Positions 13,310 through 25,167 of a DNA stretch of 64,000 nucleotides are shown one piece after another. The stretch covers positions 86,828,730 through 86,892,729 of the forward strand of contig NC_057719.1 in assembly GCF_004010195.1 (NCBI RefSeq). Reading direction: 5' to 3'. A model generated the notes under the pieces. That model ran no database searches and was not told the origin of the DNA. It worked only from the letters and a program-made list of their open reading frames with translations. The position numbers and the translations under genes were made by a program. The DNA is from Chiloscyllium plagiosum. Taxonomy: Eukaryota. Within the stretch, counting starts at the first letter, position 1. Each line of letters starts with the position of its first letter.

Positions 13310-14197
13310 CAACTTAATAACGGAGTGAGGAGATGTAGTTTCCTTGGAATTTCAGAAGGCATTCAATACAGTCCCACATAAAAGTTTAGCATTTCAGATT
13401 AAAGTGTGTGGGTTTGGAGATAGTATACTGACACAGATAGAGTAATACAGCACAGAAACTGCTCCACACTGACTGCTGAGTGGCAGGTGGGGTTTGACCT
13501 GGATAAATGTGAAGTGATTCATTTTGGAAGGTTGAATGTGAATGCAGATTGCAGGGTTAAAGGCAGGATTCCTAGCAGTGTGGAGAAACAGAGGGATCTC
13601 TGAGTCCATGTCCACAGATCCCTCAAAGTTGCCACCCAAGTTGATAGGGTTGTTAAGAAGGCATATAATGTGGTGGCTTTCAGTAACAGGGGGATTGAGG
13701 TTAGGAGCCTCAAGGTTATGCTGCAGCTCTATAGAGCCCTGGTGAGACCACACTTACAATATTGTGTCCAGCTCTGGTCGCCTCATAGAACAAGGAAACT
13801 TTACAGCCCAGGAACAGGCCCTTCGGCCCTCCAAGCCTCATCCTTCATTTTCGGAAGGATGTGGAAGGTTTAGAGAGGGTACAGGGGAGATTTCCCAGGA
13901 TGCTGCCTGGACTGGAGGGTGTGTCTTATGAAGAAAGGTTGAGGGAGCTAGGGGTTTCTCATTGGAGCGAAGAAGGATGAGAGGTGACTTGATAGAGGTG
14001 TACATGATGATAAGAGGCACAGATAGAGTGGGTAGGCAGAGAATTTTTCCCAGAGTGGAAATGGTTATCAAGAGGGGGAAAACTTTAAGGTGATTGGAGG
14101 AGGGTTTAGGGGAGATGTCAGAGGGAGGTTCTTTACTCCCACCGCTGGCAGTGCATTCAACACACCCCCCCACTCTCTGTGTAGAGTCAGATACATT
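13310..14197 (+). mobile_element. CR1-type LINE 3' fragment(s)
   Basis: VMLQLYRALVRPHLQYCVQLWSPH motif. Confidence 0.8.
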
Positions 14198-14975
14198 AGG
14201 AGAAAGTGAGGATTGCAGATGCTGGAGATCCGAGTAGAAATCAGAGTGGTGCTGGAAAAGCACAGCAGGTCAGGCAGCATCCGAGGAGCAGGAGGATCAA
14301 CGTTTCAGGCCAGAGCCCTTCATCAGGAATGAGGCTGGGAGCTTTGGTGGTGGTGAGATAATTGGGGGGGGAGGGCTGGGGAGAAGGTAGCTGAGAGTGT
14401 AATAGGTGGAGGAGGTGGGGGTAAAGGTGGTAGGTCAGAGGGCAGGGTGGAGTGGATAGATGGAAAGGAAGATAGGCAGGTAGGACAGGTCATGGGGACG
14501 GTGCTGAGCTGGAAGTTTGAAACTAGGATGAGATGGGGGAAGGGGAAATGAGGAAGCTGTTGAAGTCCATATTGATGCCCTGGGGTTGAAGTGTTCCGAG
14601 GCGGAAGATGAGGCGTTCTTCCTCCAGGCGTCTGGTGGTGAGGGAGCGGCAGTGAAGGAGGCCCAGGACCTCCATGTCCTCGGCAGAGTGGGAGGGGGAG
14701 TTGAAATGTTGGGCCACAGGGCGGTGTGGTTGATTGGTGCGGGTGTCCCGGAGATGTTCCCTAAAGCGCTCTGCTAGGAGGCGTCCAATCTCGCCAATGT
14801 AGAGGAGACCGCATTGGGAGCAACGGATACAATACATGATATTAGTGGATGTGCAGGTAAAACTTTGATGGATGTGGAAGGCTCCTTTAGGACCTTGGAT
14901 GGAGGTGAGGGAGGAGGTGTGGGCGCAGGTTTTACAGTTCCTGCGGTGGCAGGGGAAGGTGCCAGGATGGGAGGG
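14198..14975 (-). mobile_element. Penelope-like retroelement 3' fragment: Zn-finger + GIY-YIG endonuclease + terminal repeat with hammerhead motif
   Basis: ORF 14523-15008(-): PCHRRNCKTC..NIMYCIRCSQCGLLYIGE..ERFREH..VAQHFN..EEERLIFRLGTLQPQGIN; downstream CTGATGAA-GGGC-TCTG-GCCT-GAAACGTT at ~14325->14298. Confidence 0.9.
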
Positions 14976-15147
14976 TGGGGGGCATTGAAACAACTGTTGG
15001 ACAAGCACATGGATGGCAGTAAATTGAGGAGTGTGGAGGTTAGGTTGATCTTAGATGAAGATAAATTCTCAGCCCAGCATTGTGGGCCGAAGGGCCTGTA
15101 CTTATTCTGAGATGATACCATCTGGTCCTTGACTGTCCCAGTGGTGC

Positions 15148-15580
15148 TCTGAGGCAGCAGTGCTAACCACTGAGCACCGCTGCCTCACAGCACCGGGACC
15201 CAGGTTCGATCCCAGCCTCGGGTGACTGTGTGGAGTTTGCACGTTCTCCCCGTGTCTGCGTGGGTTTCCTCCGGGGCCTCCGGTTTCCTCCCACAATCCA
15301 AAGATATGTAGGCCAGGTGAATTGGCCATGCTAAATTGCCCGTAGTGTTAGGTACATGAGCTGAAAATGGTTGCTGGAAAAGCGCAGCAAGTCGGGCAGC
15401 ATCCAGGGAATAGGAGAATCGACGTTTCGGGCAAAAGCCCTTCTTCAGGAACCTGTTAGGTACATGAGTCCAGGGTAAATATAGGGTAGGGGAATGGGTC
15501 TGGGTGGGTTACTGTTTGGAGGGTCAGTGTGGACTTGTTGGGCCGAAGGTCCTGTTTTCATACTATAGGGAACCAAATCT
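15148..15580 (+). mobile_element. Shark SINE with inverted 5' head, interrupted by a hammerhead-bearing Penelope-derived insert (15361-15453)
   Basis: SINE core visible; insert flanked by TGTTAGGTACATGAG at 15346-15360 and 15454-15468. Confidence 0.8.
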
Positions 15581-16030
15581 AATGTAATTTCCCACAAGGG
15601 GAAACAACCTGTCTGCCTGTCCCTTGTCAAGACCCTGAGGAATTGTGTATGTTTCAGTAAGGTCACCTTTGATATTACAATGAGTACAGACTCGGCCTAC
15701 TCCACCTCTACTCCTGACAGAGTCTGTCTTTACCTGATAGCAATCGCGGGAACCTTCTCTGGATTACTCCCAACATCAGTCTGTTCATATTTCGATAATG
15801 TGCTCCCTCGCTGTCCAGTTTCCCAGGTTACACTGGGTTAGGGAGTGTCCTCGCTCAGCTCTGACCACTACCTTACACAGTCGGATCAAAACCTGCAAAG
15901 GCCTGTGTTCCCTTTGCCTGCGTATTCCCCACGGAGCTGGGACACTGGCTTTCAGGGCTTTGGGATTGGGATCAGGATGGGGTCACTGACAGAGTTTCTG
16001 ATGGGTTAATGAAATGTCTTCCTGTTGCAG

Positions 16031-16093
16031 TTTACACAGAGTGCTCTGGATTGTATGGCTGTGGAAGTGGGAAGGTTACGCTCCCTGTTACAG
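16031..16093 (+). CDS. DCTN1: Dynactin subunit 1 exon (63 nt)
   Basis: ttgcag|FTQSALDCMAVEVGRLRSLLQ|gtgagg. Confidence 0.96.
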
Positions 16094-16863
16094 GTGAGGA
16101 GCCAATATTCCCAATGCAGTGAACTCTGACCCTTCACATTGACATCAGGCCGTCACTCTGACCTCTCTCGACCATGGCCCGCCCCCCTCGCCCGCCCCCC
16201 TCGCCCGCCCCCCTCGCCNNNNNNNNNNNNNNNNNNNNNNNNNNNNNNNNNNNNNNNNNNNNNNNNNNNNNNNNNNNNNNNNNNNNNNNNNNNNNNNNNN
16301 NNNNNNNNNNNNNNNNNNNNNNNNNNNNNNNNNNNNNNNNNNNNNNNNNNNNNNNNNNNNNNNNNNNNNNNNNNNNNNNNNNNNNNNNNNNNNNNNNNNN
16401 NNNNNNNNNNNNNNNNNNNNNNNNNNNNNNNNNNNNNNNNNNNNNNNNNNNNNNNNNNNNNNNNNNNNNNNNNNNNNNNNNNNNNNNNNNNNNNNNNNNN
16501 NNNNNNNNNNNNNNNNNNNNNNNNNNNNNNNNNNNNNNNNNNNNNNNNNNNNNNNNNNNNNNNNNNNNNNNNNNNNNNNNNNNNNNNNNNNNNNNNNNNN
16601 NNNNNNNNNNNNNNNNNNNNNNNNNNNNNNNNNNNNNNNNNNNNNNNNNNNNNNNNNNNNNNNNNNNNNNNNNNNNNNNNNNNNNNNNNNNNNNNNNNNN
16701 NNNNNNNNNNNNNNNNNNNNNNNNNNNNNNNNACCCTCACCCACCCCACAACCCTACCCTACACAATCGCACCCATCCACCCTCCCCCACATCCTCCCTG
16801 ACACTGTATATGTGTGCAGCGCCTGCCCATATGCTTGATGGCTGTCTCTGTGCCTTTCCCCAG

Positions 16864-17013
16864 GCTGGGCAGGAAGCTACTGATGTAGCCATTCTCCTGA
16901 AGGACCTCGGTACGTCCTGCAGTGATATCCGCCAGTTCTGTAAGAAGGTGCGAAGACGGATGCCTGGCACAGATGCTCCTGGAATTCCAACGGCACTCTC
17001 CTTCGGCCATCAG
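16864..17013 (+). CDS. DCTN1: Dynactin subunit 1 exon (150 nt), GC donor
   Basis: ttccccag|[50 protein letters not shown]|gcaact; homology ends exactly at CAG|GC. Confidence 0.93.
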
Positions 17014-17059
17014 GCAACTACACTCTTCATTTCTCTTCACTCCCTGTATGGGAGTCTCT

Positions 17060-19236
17060 GTGTGGGTGTGGGCAGTGTACCCGGGGCAGGGGGTACACAC
17101 GGACCTGCGTTTCTGCTGCAGGTTGCTGTGTGAGTGCGGGTATCCCCGTGTGTACCCGGGGCAGGGGGTACACACTGACCTGTGTTTCTGCTGCAGGTTG
17201 CTGTGAGAGTGTGGGTATCCCCGTGTGTACCCGGGGCAGGGGGTACACACTGACCTGTGTGTTTCTGCTGCAGGTTGCTGTGTAAGTGTGGGTATCCCCG
17301 TGTGTACCCGGGGCAGGGGGTACACACTGAGCTGTGTGTTTCTGTTTCAGGTTGCTGTGTGAGTGTGGGGTATCCCCGTGTGTACCCGGGGCAGGGGGTA
17401 CACACTGAGCTGTGTGTTTCTGTTTCAGGTTGCTGTGTGAGTGCGGGTATCCCCGTGCGGGTGCCCGGGGCAGGGGGTACACACTGAGCTGTGTGTTTCT
17501 GTTTCAGGTTGCTGTGTGAGTGCGGGTATCCCCGTGCGTGCCTGGGGCAGGGGGTACACACTGACCTGTGTGTTTCTGTTTCAGGTTGCTGTGTGAGTGT
17601 GGGGTATCCCAGTGTGTGCCTGGGGCAGGGGGTACACACTGAGCTGTGTGTTTCTGTTTCAGGTTGCTGTGTGAGTGTGGGTATCCCCATGTGTGCCTGG
17701 GGCAGGGGGTACACACTGACCTGTGTGTTTCTGTTTCAGGTTGCTGTGTGAGTGCGGGTATCCCCGTGTGTGTCTGGGGCAGGGGGTACACACTGACCTG
17801 TGTGTTTCTGTTTCAGGTTGCTGTGTGAGTGTGGGGTATCCCCGTGTGTGCCTGGGGCAGGGGGTACACACTGACCTGTGTGTTTCTGTTTCAGGTTGCT
17901 GTGTGAGTGTGGGTATCCCCATGTGTGCCTGGGGCAGGGGGTACACACTGACCTGTGTGTTTCTGTTTCAGGTTGCTGTGTGAGTGCGGGTATCCCCGTG
18001 CGGGTGCCTGGGGCAGCGGGTACACACTGACCTGTGTGTTTCTGTTTCAGGTTGATGTGTGAGTGTGGGGTATCCCCGTGCGGGTGCCTGGGGCAGCGGG
18101 TACACACTGACCTGTGTGTTTCTGTTTCAGGTTGATGTGTGAGTGTGGGGTATCCCCGTGCGGGTGCCTGGGGCAGCGGGTACACACTGAGCTGTGTGTT
18201 TCTGTTTCAGGTTGCTGTGTGAGTGTGGGGTATCCCCGTGCGGGTGCCCGGGGCAGGGGGTACACACTGACCTGAGTGTTTCTGTTGCAGGTTGCTGTGT
18301 GAGTGTGTGGGTATCCCCGTGCGTGTGCCCGGGGCAGGGGGTACACACTGACCTGTGTGTTTCTGTTTCAGGTTGCTGTGTGAGTGTGGGTATCCCCGTG
18401 TGTGCCCGGGGCAGGGGGTACACACTGACCTGTGTGTTTCTGTTTCAGGTTGCTGTGTGAGTGTGGGTATCCCCGTGCGTGTGCCCGGGGCAGGGGGTAC
18501 ACACTGAGCTGTGTGTTTCTGTTTCAGGTTGCTGTGTGAGTGTGGGTATGCCCGTGCATGTGCCCGGGGCAGGGGTACACACTGACCTGTGTGTTTCTGT
18601 TTCAGGTTGCTGTGAGAGTGTGGGTATCCCCGTGTGTGTCTGGGGCAGGGGTACACACTGACCTGTGTGTTTCTGTTTCAGGTTGCTGTGTGAGTGTGGG
18701 GTATCCCCGTGCGTGTGCCCGGGGCAGGGGGTATACACTGACCTGTGTGTTTCTGTTTCAGGTTGCTGTGTGAGTGTGGGGTATCCCCGTGTGTGTCTGG
18801 GGCAGGGGGTACACACTGAGCTGTGTGTTTCTGTTTCAGGTTGCTGTGCGAGTGTGGGTATCCCCGTCTGTACCCGGGGCAGGGGGTACACACTGAGCTG
18901 TGTGTTTCTGTTTCAGGTTGCTGTGTGAGTGTGGGGTATACCCGTGTGTGCCCGGGGCAGGGGGTACACACTGAGCTGTGTGTTTCTGTTTCAGGTTGCT
19001 GTGTGAGTGTGGGTATCCCCGTGTGTGTGTCTGGGGCAGGGGGTACACACTGAGCTGTGTGTTTCTGTTTCAGGTTGCTGTGTGAGTGTGGGTATCCCCG
19101 TGCGTGTGTCTGGGGCAGGGGGTACACACTGAGCTGTGTGTTTCTGTTTCAGGTTGCTGTGTGAGTGTGGGTATCCCCGTGCGGGTGCCTGGGGCAGGGG
19201 GTACACACTGACCTGTGTTTCTGTTGCAGGTTGCTG
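17060..19236 (+). repeat. ~75-81-bp tandem array, each unit a copy of the DCTN1 3' splice site (27 extra copies plus the real one)
   Basis: Counted CAG|GTTG acceptors ending at 17121, 17196, 17273 ... 19073, 19152 and the real one at 19229. Confidence 0.95.
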
Positions 19237-19391
19237 ACACCCTGGTGGAGTGCAGGAAGCAGTTGAGCCGCGTTGTGGCCGTGCTGCAGGAGATGGCTGC
19301 TGCTGGAGTCCAGCTGGTGGCACCTTTACCTGAGAATGAGGGGCTGCCCCCTCGCAAACTCGAGGAAGTGGCTTGGACCGCAACCGAGCAG
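19230..19391 (+). CDS. DCTN1: Dynactin subunit 1 exon (162 nt)
   Basis: ctgttgcag|[54 protein letters not shown]|gtgggt. Confidence 0.95.
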
Positions 19392-19406
19392 GTGGGTGTG
19401 AGACAG

Positions 19407-20640
19407 GGCACCCTGTACCCCACAGGACCGATACCCCCCACTGCCCGGGCTCCCTGTACCCCACAGGACCGATACCCCCCCACTGCCGGGCTCCCTGTAC
19501 CCCACAGGACCGATACCCCCCACTGCCCGGGCTCCCTCTACCCCACAGGACCGATACCCCCCCACTGCCCGGGCTCCCTGTACCCCACAGGACCGATACC
19601 CCCCACTGCCCGGGCTCCCTGTACCCCACAGGACCGATACCCCCCACTGCCCGGGCTCCCTGTACCCCACAGGACCGATACCCCCCACTGCCCGGGCTCC
19701 CTGTACCCCACAGGACCGATACCCCCCACTGCCCGGGCTCCCTGTACCCCACAGGACCGATACCCCCCACTGCCCGGGCTCCCTGTACCCCACAGGACCG
19801 ATACCCCCCACTGCCCGGGCTCCCTGTACCCCACAGGACCGATACCCCCCACTGCCCGGGCTCCCTGTACCCCACAGGACCGATACCCCCCACTGCCCGG
19901 GCTCCCTGTACCCCACAGGACCGATACCCCCCACTGCCCGGGCTCCCTGTACCCCACAGGACCGATACCCCCCACTGCCCGGGCTCCCTCTACCCCACAG
20001 GACCGATACCGCCCACTGCCCGGGCACCCTCTACCCCACAGGACCGATACCCCCCACTGCCCGGGCTCCCTCTACCCCACAGGACCGATACCGCCCACTG
20101 CCCGGGCACCCTCTACCCCACAGGACCGATACCCCCCACTGCCCGGGCTCCCTCTACCCCACAGGACCGATACCGCCCACTGCCCGGGCACCCTCTACCC
20201 CACAGGACCGATACCCCCCACTGCCCGGGCTCCCTCTACCCCACAGGACCGATACCGCCCACTGCCCGGGCACCCTCTACCCCACAGGACCGATACCCCC
20301 CACTGCCCGGGCTCCCTCTACCCCACAGGACCGATACCGCCCACTGCCCGGGCACCCTCTACCCCACAGGACCGATACCCCCCACTGCCCGGGCTCCCTC
20401 TACCCCACAGGACCGATACCGCCCACTGCCCGGGCACCCTCTACCCCACAGGACCGATACCCCCCACTGCCCGGGCTCCCTCTACCCCACAGGACCGATA
20501 CCGCCCACTGCCCGGGCACCCTCTACCCCACAGGACCGATACCCCCCACTGCCCGGGCTCCCTCCCCGGGCTCCCTGTACACCCCAGACACTGACACCCC
20601 CCACTGCCCGGGCTCCCTGTACCCCAGACTGTGACACCCC
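19407..20640. repeat. 41-bp minisatellite CCCTGTACCCCACAGGACCGATACCCCCCACTGCCCGGGCT, becoming an 82-bp two-variant repeat in its 3' half
   Basis: Directly visible tandem copies. Confidence 0.95.
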
Positions 20641-20934
20641 CAGGCCCACCTTCCCGCTCTGCCCTTACGCACACAGACAATGAGAACCCTTGCAGTTCTG
20701 GCACGACGGAGAAACACCGTGATGGTGATTGAGTGGTTCCTGTTCACAGGGTTTACCGAGAGGATTCTTCTGCCGGTCAGAATGCGGCTTCTCAACTTTC
20801 CTTGTGCTGAGAGAGCTGTTTGTTGGATTCCTGGGTTGTGAGACCCCTTCTCCAGCTCTCTGGGATAGATACTAAAAGGGGCAGCTTACCGCAGCTGGTC
20901 AGCCCTGGGAACCAATGCAGGTGTCAAGCCCTGT

Positions 20935-23170
20935 CATTGAAATAAAACCAAGAACTGCAGGAACTCAGCAGGTTTGACAACACCTGTGATAAGAAAGCAG
21001 AGTTCATGTTTTGGAGTTCTGGAAAGCCCCCAGACTCTGGATGGTGAGACCGAGTGCAGGTAAAAAGCCAGAGGGAGGGCTCCAAGTGCAGGGAGAGTGT
21101 TGGAGCTGGGTGAAGGGGTGTCTGGGATGGGAAGAGAACTCTTGTCCAAAGGAATGGGCACCGAGGCGAAGGCAGTGGAAGGAGAGTTTGATATCATGTC
21201 AAAGTCCGAAATTCATGAAAGGTGGGGACGCAGAGGGATAAAGCTGAGCTCTTTGATGTGGACAGACTGTTCAGCATCAGACAGTGGAAGGTCAGGAGGG
21301 ATGGTGAATACCTGACAGGAGGTGGGGTTGGACAATATGATTGAGTCAGAGAGAAGGGGAGGGAAGGAGGGTTCAGCAGGACTGCATGTCTCCCTGAATT
21401 TTTCCGTGATGCCTGAAACACAGAGACAAACCTTGTTGTTCATCCAGCAAATGAGCCAAAGGGTGGAAGTGGAACAGTGCAGTAGTGCAGCCCTGGGGCA
21501 GTGTGATGTGATGCTGTTGGAGAGGGAGATAGTGTGTGTATATGACTCCACATGGCCCTGAGTGTGGATCTCAGGGTACAACGAGAGCAGTTCTCCGTGC
21601 AAGGTTGAAGATATTTGCTTCCACCCTCTCCACGGGAGTCGTACCGGAGGATTGGAGGGAGGCGAATGTTGTTCCTCTTTTCAAGAAGGGGAATAGGGAA
21701 ATCCCTGGCAATTACAGACCAGTCAGTCTCACGTCTGTGGTCAGCAAGGTTTTGGAAAGAATTCTGAGGGACAGGATGTTTGACTATTTGGCAAAGCGTA
21801 TTGTAATTAAAGGCAGTCAGCATAGTTTTGTGAAGGGCAGGTCATGCCTCACAAATCTTACTGTGTTCTTTGAGGAGGTGACGAGACAGGTCAATGAAGG
21901 TTGAGCAGTGGATGTGGTGTATATGGATTTCAGCAAGGCATTTGATAAGGTTCCCCACAGTAGGTTCATTTGTAAAGTCAGGAAGTATGGGATACAGGGA
22001 GATTTGGCTATCTGGATTCAGATTTGGCTGGCTGACAGAAGGCAGAGAGTGGTTGTAGATGGAAAGTATTCTGGCTGGAGGTCAGTGTTGAGTGGGGTCC
22101 CGCAGGGCTCGGTTCTTGGGCCTCTGCTCTTTGTAGTTTTTATAAATGACTTGGATGAGGAGGTTGAGGGGTGGGTTAGTAAATTTGCAGATGACACAAA
22201 GGTTGGAGGTGTTGTCAATAGTATAGAGGGCTACTGCAGGCTGCAGTGCGACATAGACAGGATGCAGAACTGGGCTGAGAAATGGCAGATGGAGTTCAAC
22301 CTGGATAAATGCGAAATGATGCATTTTGGAAGGTCAATCTCGAATGCTGAATATAGGATTAAAGACAGGATTCTTGGCAGTGTGGAGGAGAACAGAGGGA
22401 TCTGGGTGTGCAAGTACATAGATCCTTCAAAGAAAGGTTGACTAAGCTCAGACTTTTCTCTCTGGAGAGAAGGAGGAAGAGAGGAGACCTGATCGAGGTG
22501 TACAAGGTAATGAGAGGCATGGATAGTGTCAATAGACAGAGAGTTTTCCCCAGGGCAGGAATGACTGATACAGGGAGTCATAGTTTGAAGATATTAGGAG
22601 AAAGGTATAAAGGAGACGTCAGAGGTAGGTCCTTTACGCAGAGAGTTGTGAATGAATGGAACGCGTTACCAGCGGTGGTGGTGGAAGCAGAATCATTGGG
22701 GACATTTAAGCAACTGCTGGACATGCACATGGAGAGCAGTGAGTTGAGGGGAGTGTAGATTAGGTTATTTTATTTTAGAATCTGAATAATCCTCGCCCAA
22801 CATCGAGGGCTGAAGGGCTTGATCTGTGCTGTACTTGTCTATGTTCTGTGTTCTATCATGGAGATACCTGTGATCCTGGGGGATTCACAACCCGAAGGAT
22901 GAAAGTTGAATTGCAGGCCAAATGGGATGAGTCTAAGCTGGAGACAATCACTGAACGATGTGGATGTGGAAACGCGTTTTCACAAATACTTGGTCAAACA
23001 CCAGGAGTGACAGTCAAATTAATGTCACCGACAAGAAAAAGGATTGACACAGAAATCCGGTCGCAGCGCACGTTTTGAAGGCTTACTTAACCCAAAACGA
23101 TAACTGGGATTTCTCTCCACAGATGCTGCCAGACCTGCTGAGCTTTTCCAGCAACTTCTTTGTTTGTGTT
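20935..23170 (-). mobile_element. Old Penelope-like element with inverted ends, split by a younger CR1
   Basis: VFTIPPDLPLSDAEQSV...LSFIPLRPH (Penelope ORF N-terminal motif) at 21213-21602(-); terminal-type sequence at ~20940 and in reverse at ~23110-23160. Confidence 0.6.
21600..22857 (+). mobile_element. CR1-type LINE RT to 3' end (young, truncated)
   Basis: [56 protein letters not shown] motifs; TATGTTC tail. Confidence 0.92.
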
Positions 23171-24161
23171 TTTGACATTGTTGTTAATAACTCGTCACCA
23201 CCTCACTGACCAATCAGCAACGTGTTCCAGACAAATCTCCATGTGTAGCCAGGCCCCGAGATCCAGCTCATCGGCCATTCTGTAATTGCCCACTGTTACA
23301 GCCCACAGCTGGAAAAGGAGCACTTAGAATGAGAGTCAGGTAACCTGCTGTTAAAGAGTACGTTAGTCTTTCAGCAATCCTTGTTATTTCAACAGTGTTT
23401 TGTTCCATTTCATTTTTGATGATCAGCATTATGGAAATATAAAAAGATAGCCTTTTGAATCTGAGGAATCGCGAATGGTGCTGAACATTGTGCAATCCTC
23501 AGTGAATATCCCCATTTCTGACCTTGTGGTGGATGGATGGTCATTGATGAAGCAGCTGAAGGTGGTTGGGCCCAGGACACTACCCTGAGGAATGAGGGCT
23601 CTTTTGGTGGAGTGTCCCTTCCTTTGAGCCAAGAGTCCTGGGTTCAGGTCCCACCCCTGCTCAAGAGGAGCCAGTTGATGAGAAACCATCTACCGTGAGA
23701 GGCTCCTGTAGTGCTGTCCAAGGATATGAGAATTGAAGTGCTGTAGTCTATCAGTCAGTAGACAATAGGTGCAGGAGTAGGCCATTGTGCCCTTCGAGCC
23801 TGCACCACCATTCAATATGATCATGGCTGATCATCCTTAATCAGTATCCTGTTCCTGCCTTATCTCCATAACCGCTGAAAATGTGTTGCTGGAAAAGTGC
23901 AGCAGGTCAGGCAGCATCCAAGGAACAGGAGAATCGACGTTTCGGGCATGAGCCCTTTTCCATTACCCTGGATTCCACTATCCTTGAGAACTGTATCCAA
24001 CTCTTTCTTAAATGAATCCAGTCCGTCTCACATTGGCAGTAATATTGTTTAGAATTCCATCCTGCAGTTCGGCTTACTGAGGGTGGTGACCTCTCCCCAG
24101 ACAGTGTACAGGTTGCAGGGTGCAGTCAGTGATTTTGATTTTGATGGGATCTGGTTCTCAG

Positions 24162-24293
24162 GTATATGGAGGACAGGCGACCAGCCCGTATGAATGCCTC
24201 CGCCAGTCATGTACAGTCATCATTGTCACAATGAATAAGATGGCCACGGCCATGCAGGAGGGAGAGTACGATTCCGAGAAGGCGTTGGTGAAG
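24162..24293 (+). CDS. DCTN1: Dynactin subunit 1 exon (132 nt)
   Basis: ttctcag|VYGGQATSPYECLRQSCTVIIVTMNKMATAMQEGEYDSEKALVK|gtaagg. Confidence 0.96.
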
Positions 24294-24382
24294 GTAAGGG
24301 CACTGCACCAGGTCGCCCTGATGTAGCCACGGAAACAGACACTGGGTGTAGTGTCTGTAAGGGACTGGCTACAGGACAGGCT

Positions 24383-24918
<536 letters not shown>

Positions 24919-25167
24919 TGAGATGGGGCAGTGTAGCTGACTGCGGTGAGACTATAATCCTATAAGAACAGCAAACAGGAGGAGGCCATTCAGCCCCATC
25001 GAGCCTGCTCCACCATCCCTCGCATTCAGTTTCCTGCCCTTTGCCTGTCACCAGTTATTTACCTGACTGATCAAATATCTCTCTATCTCAGCCTTCAATG
25101 TACACATGGACCTTGCCCCCCCCACTCAGCTCTCTGTGGGAAGGCTGTCCCTGAAGGACATGAGTGA

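Noticed and set aside
17060..19229. CRISPR-like regular repeats
   Set aside because: No unique spacers, no cas genes, and vertebrate intron context.
19392..20683. Long proline-rich ORFs (436-459 aa)
   Set aside because: Read-through of the 41-bp minisatellite; only 19230-19391 matches DCTN1, and it ends at a GT donor.
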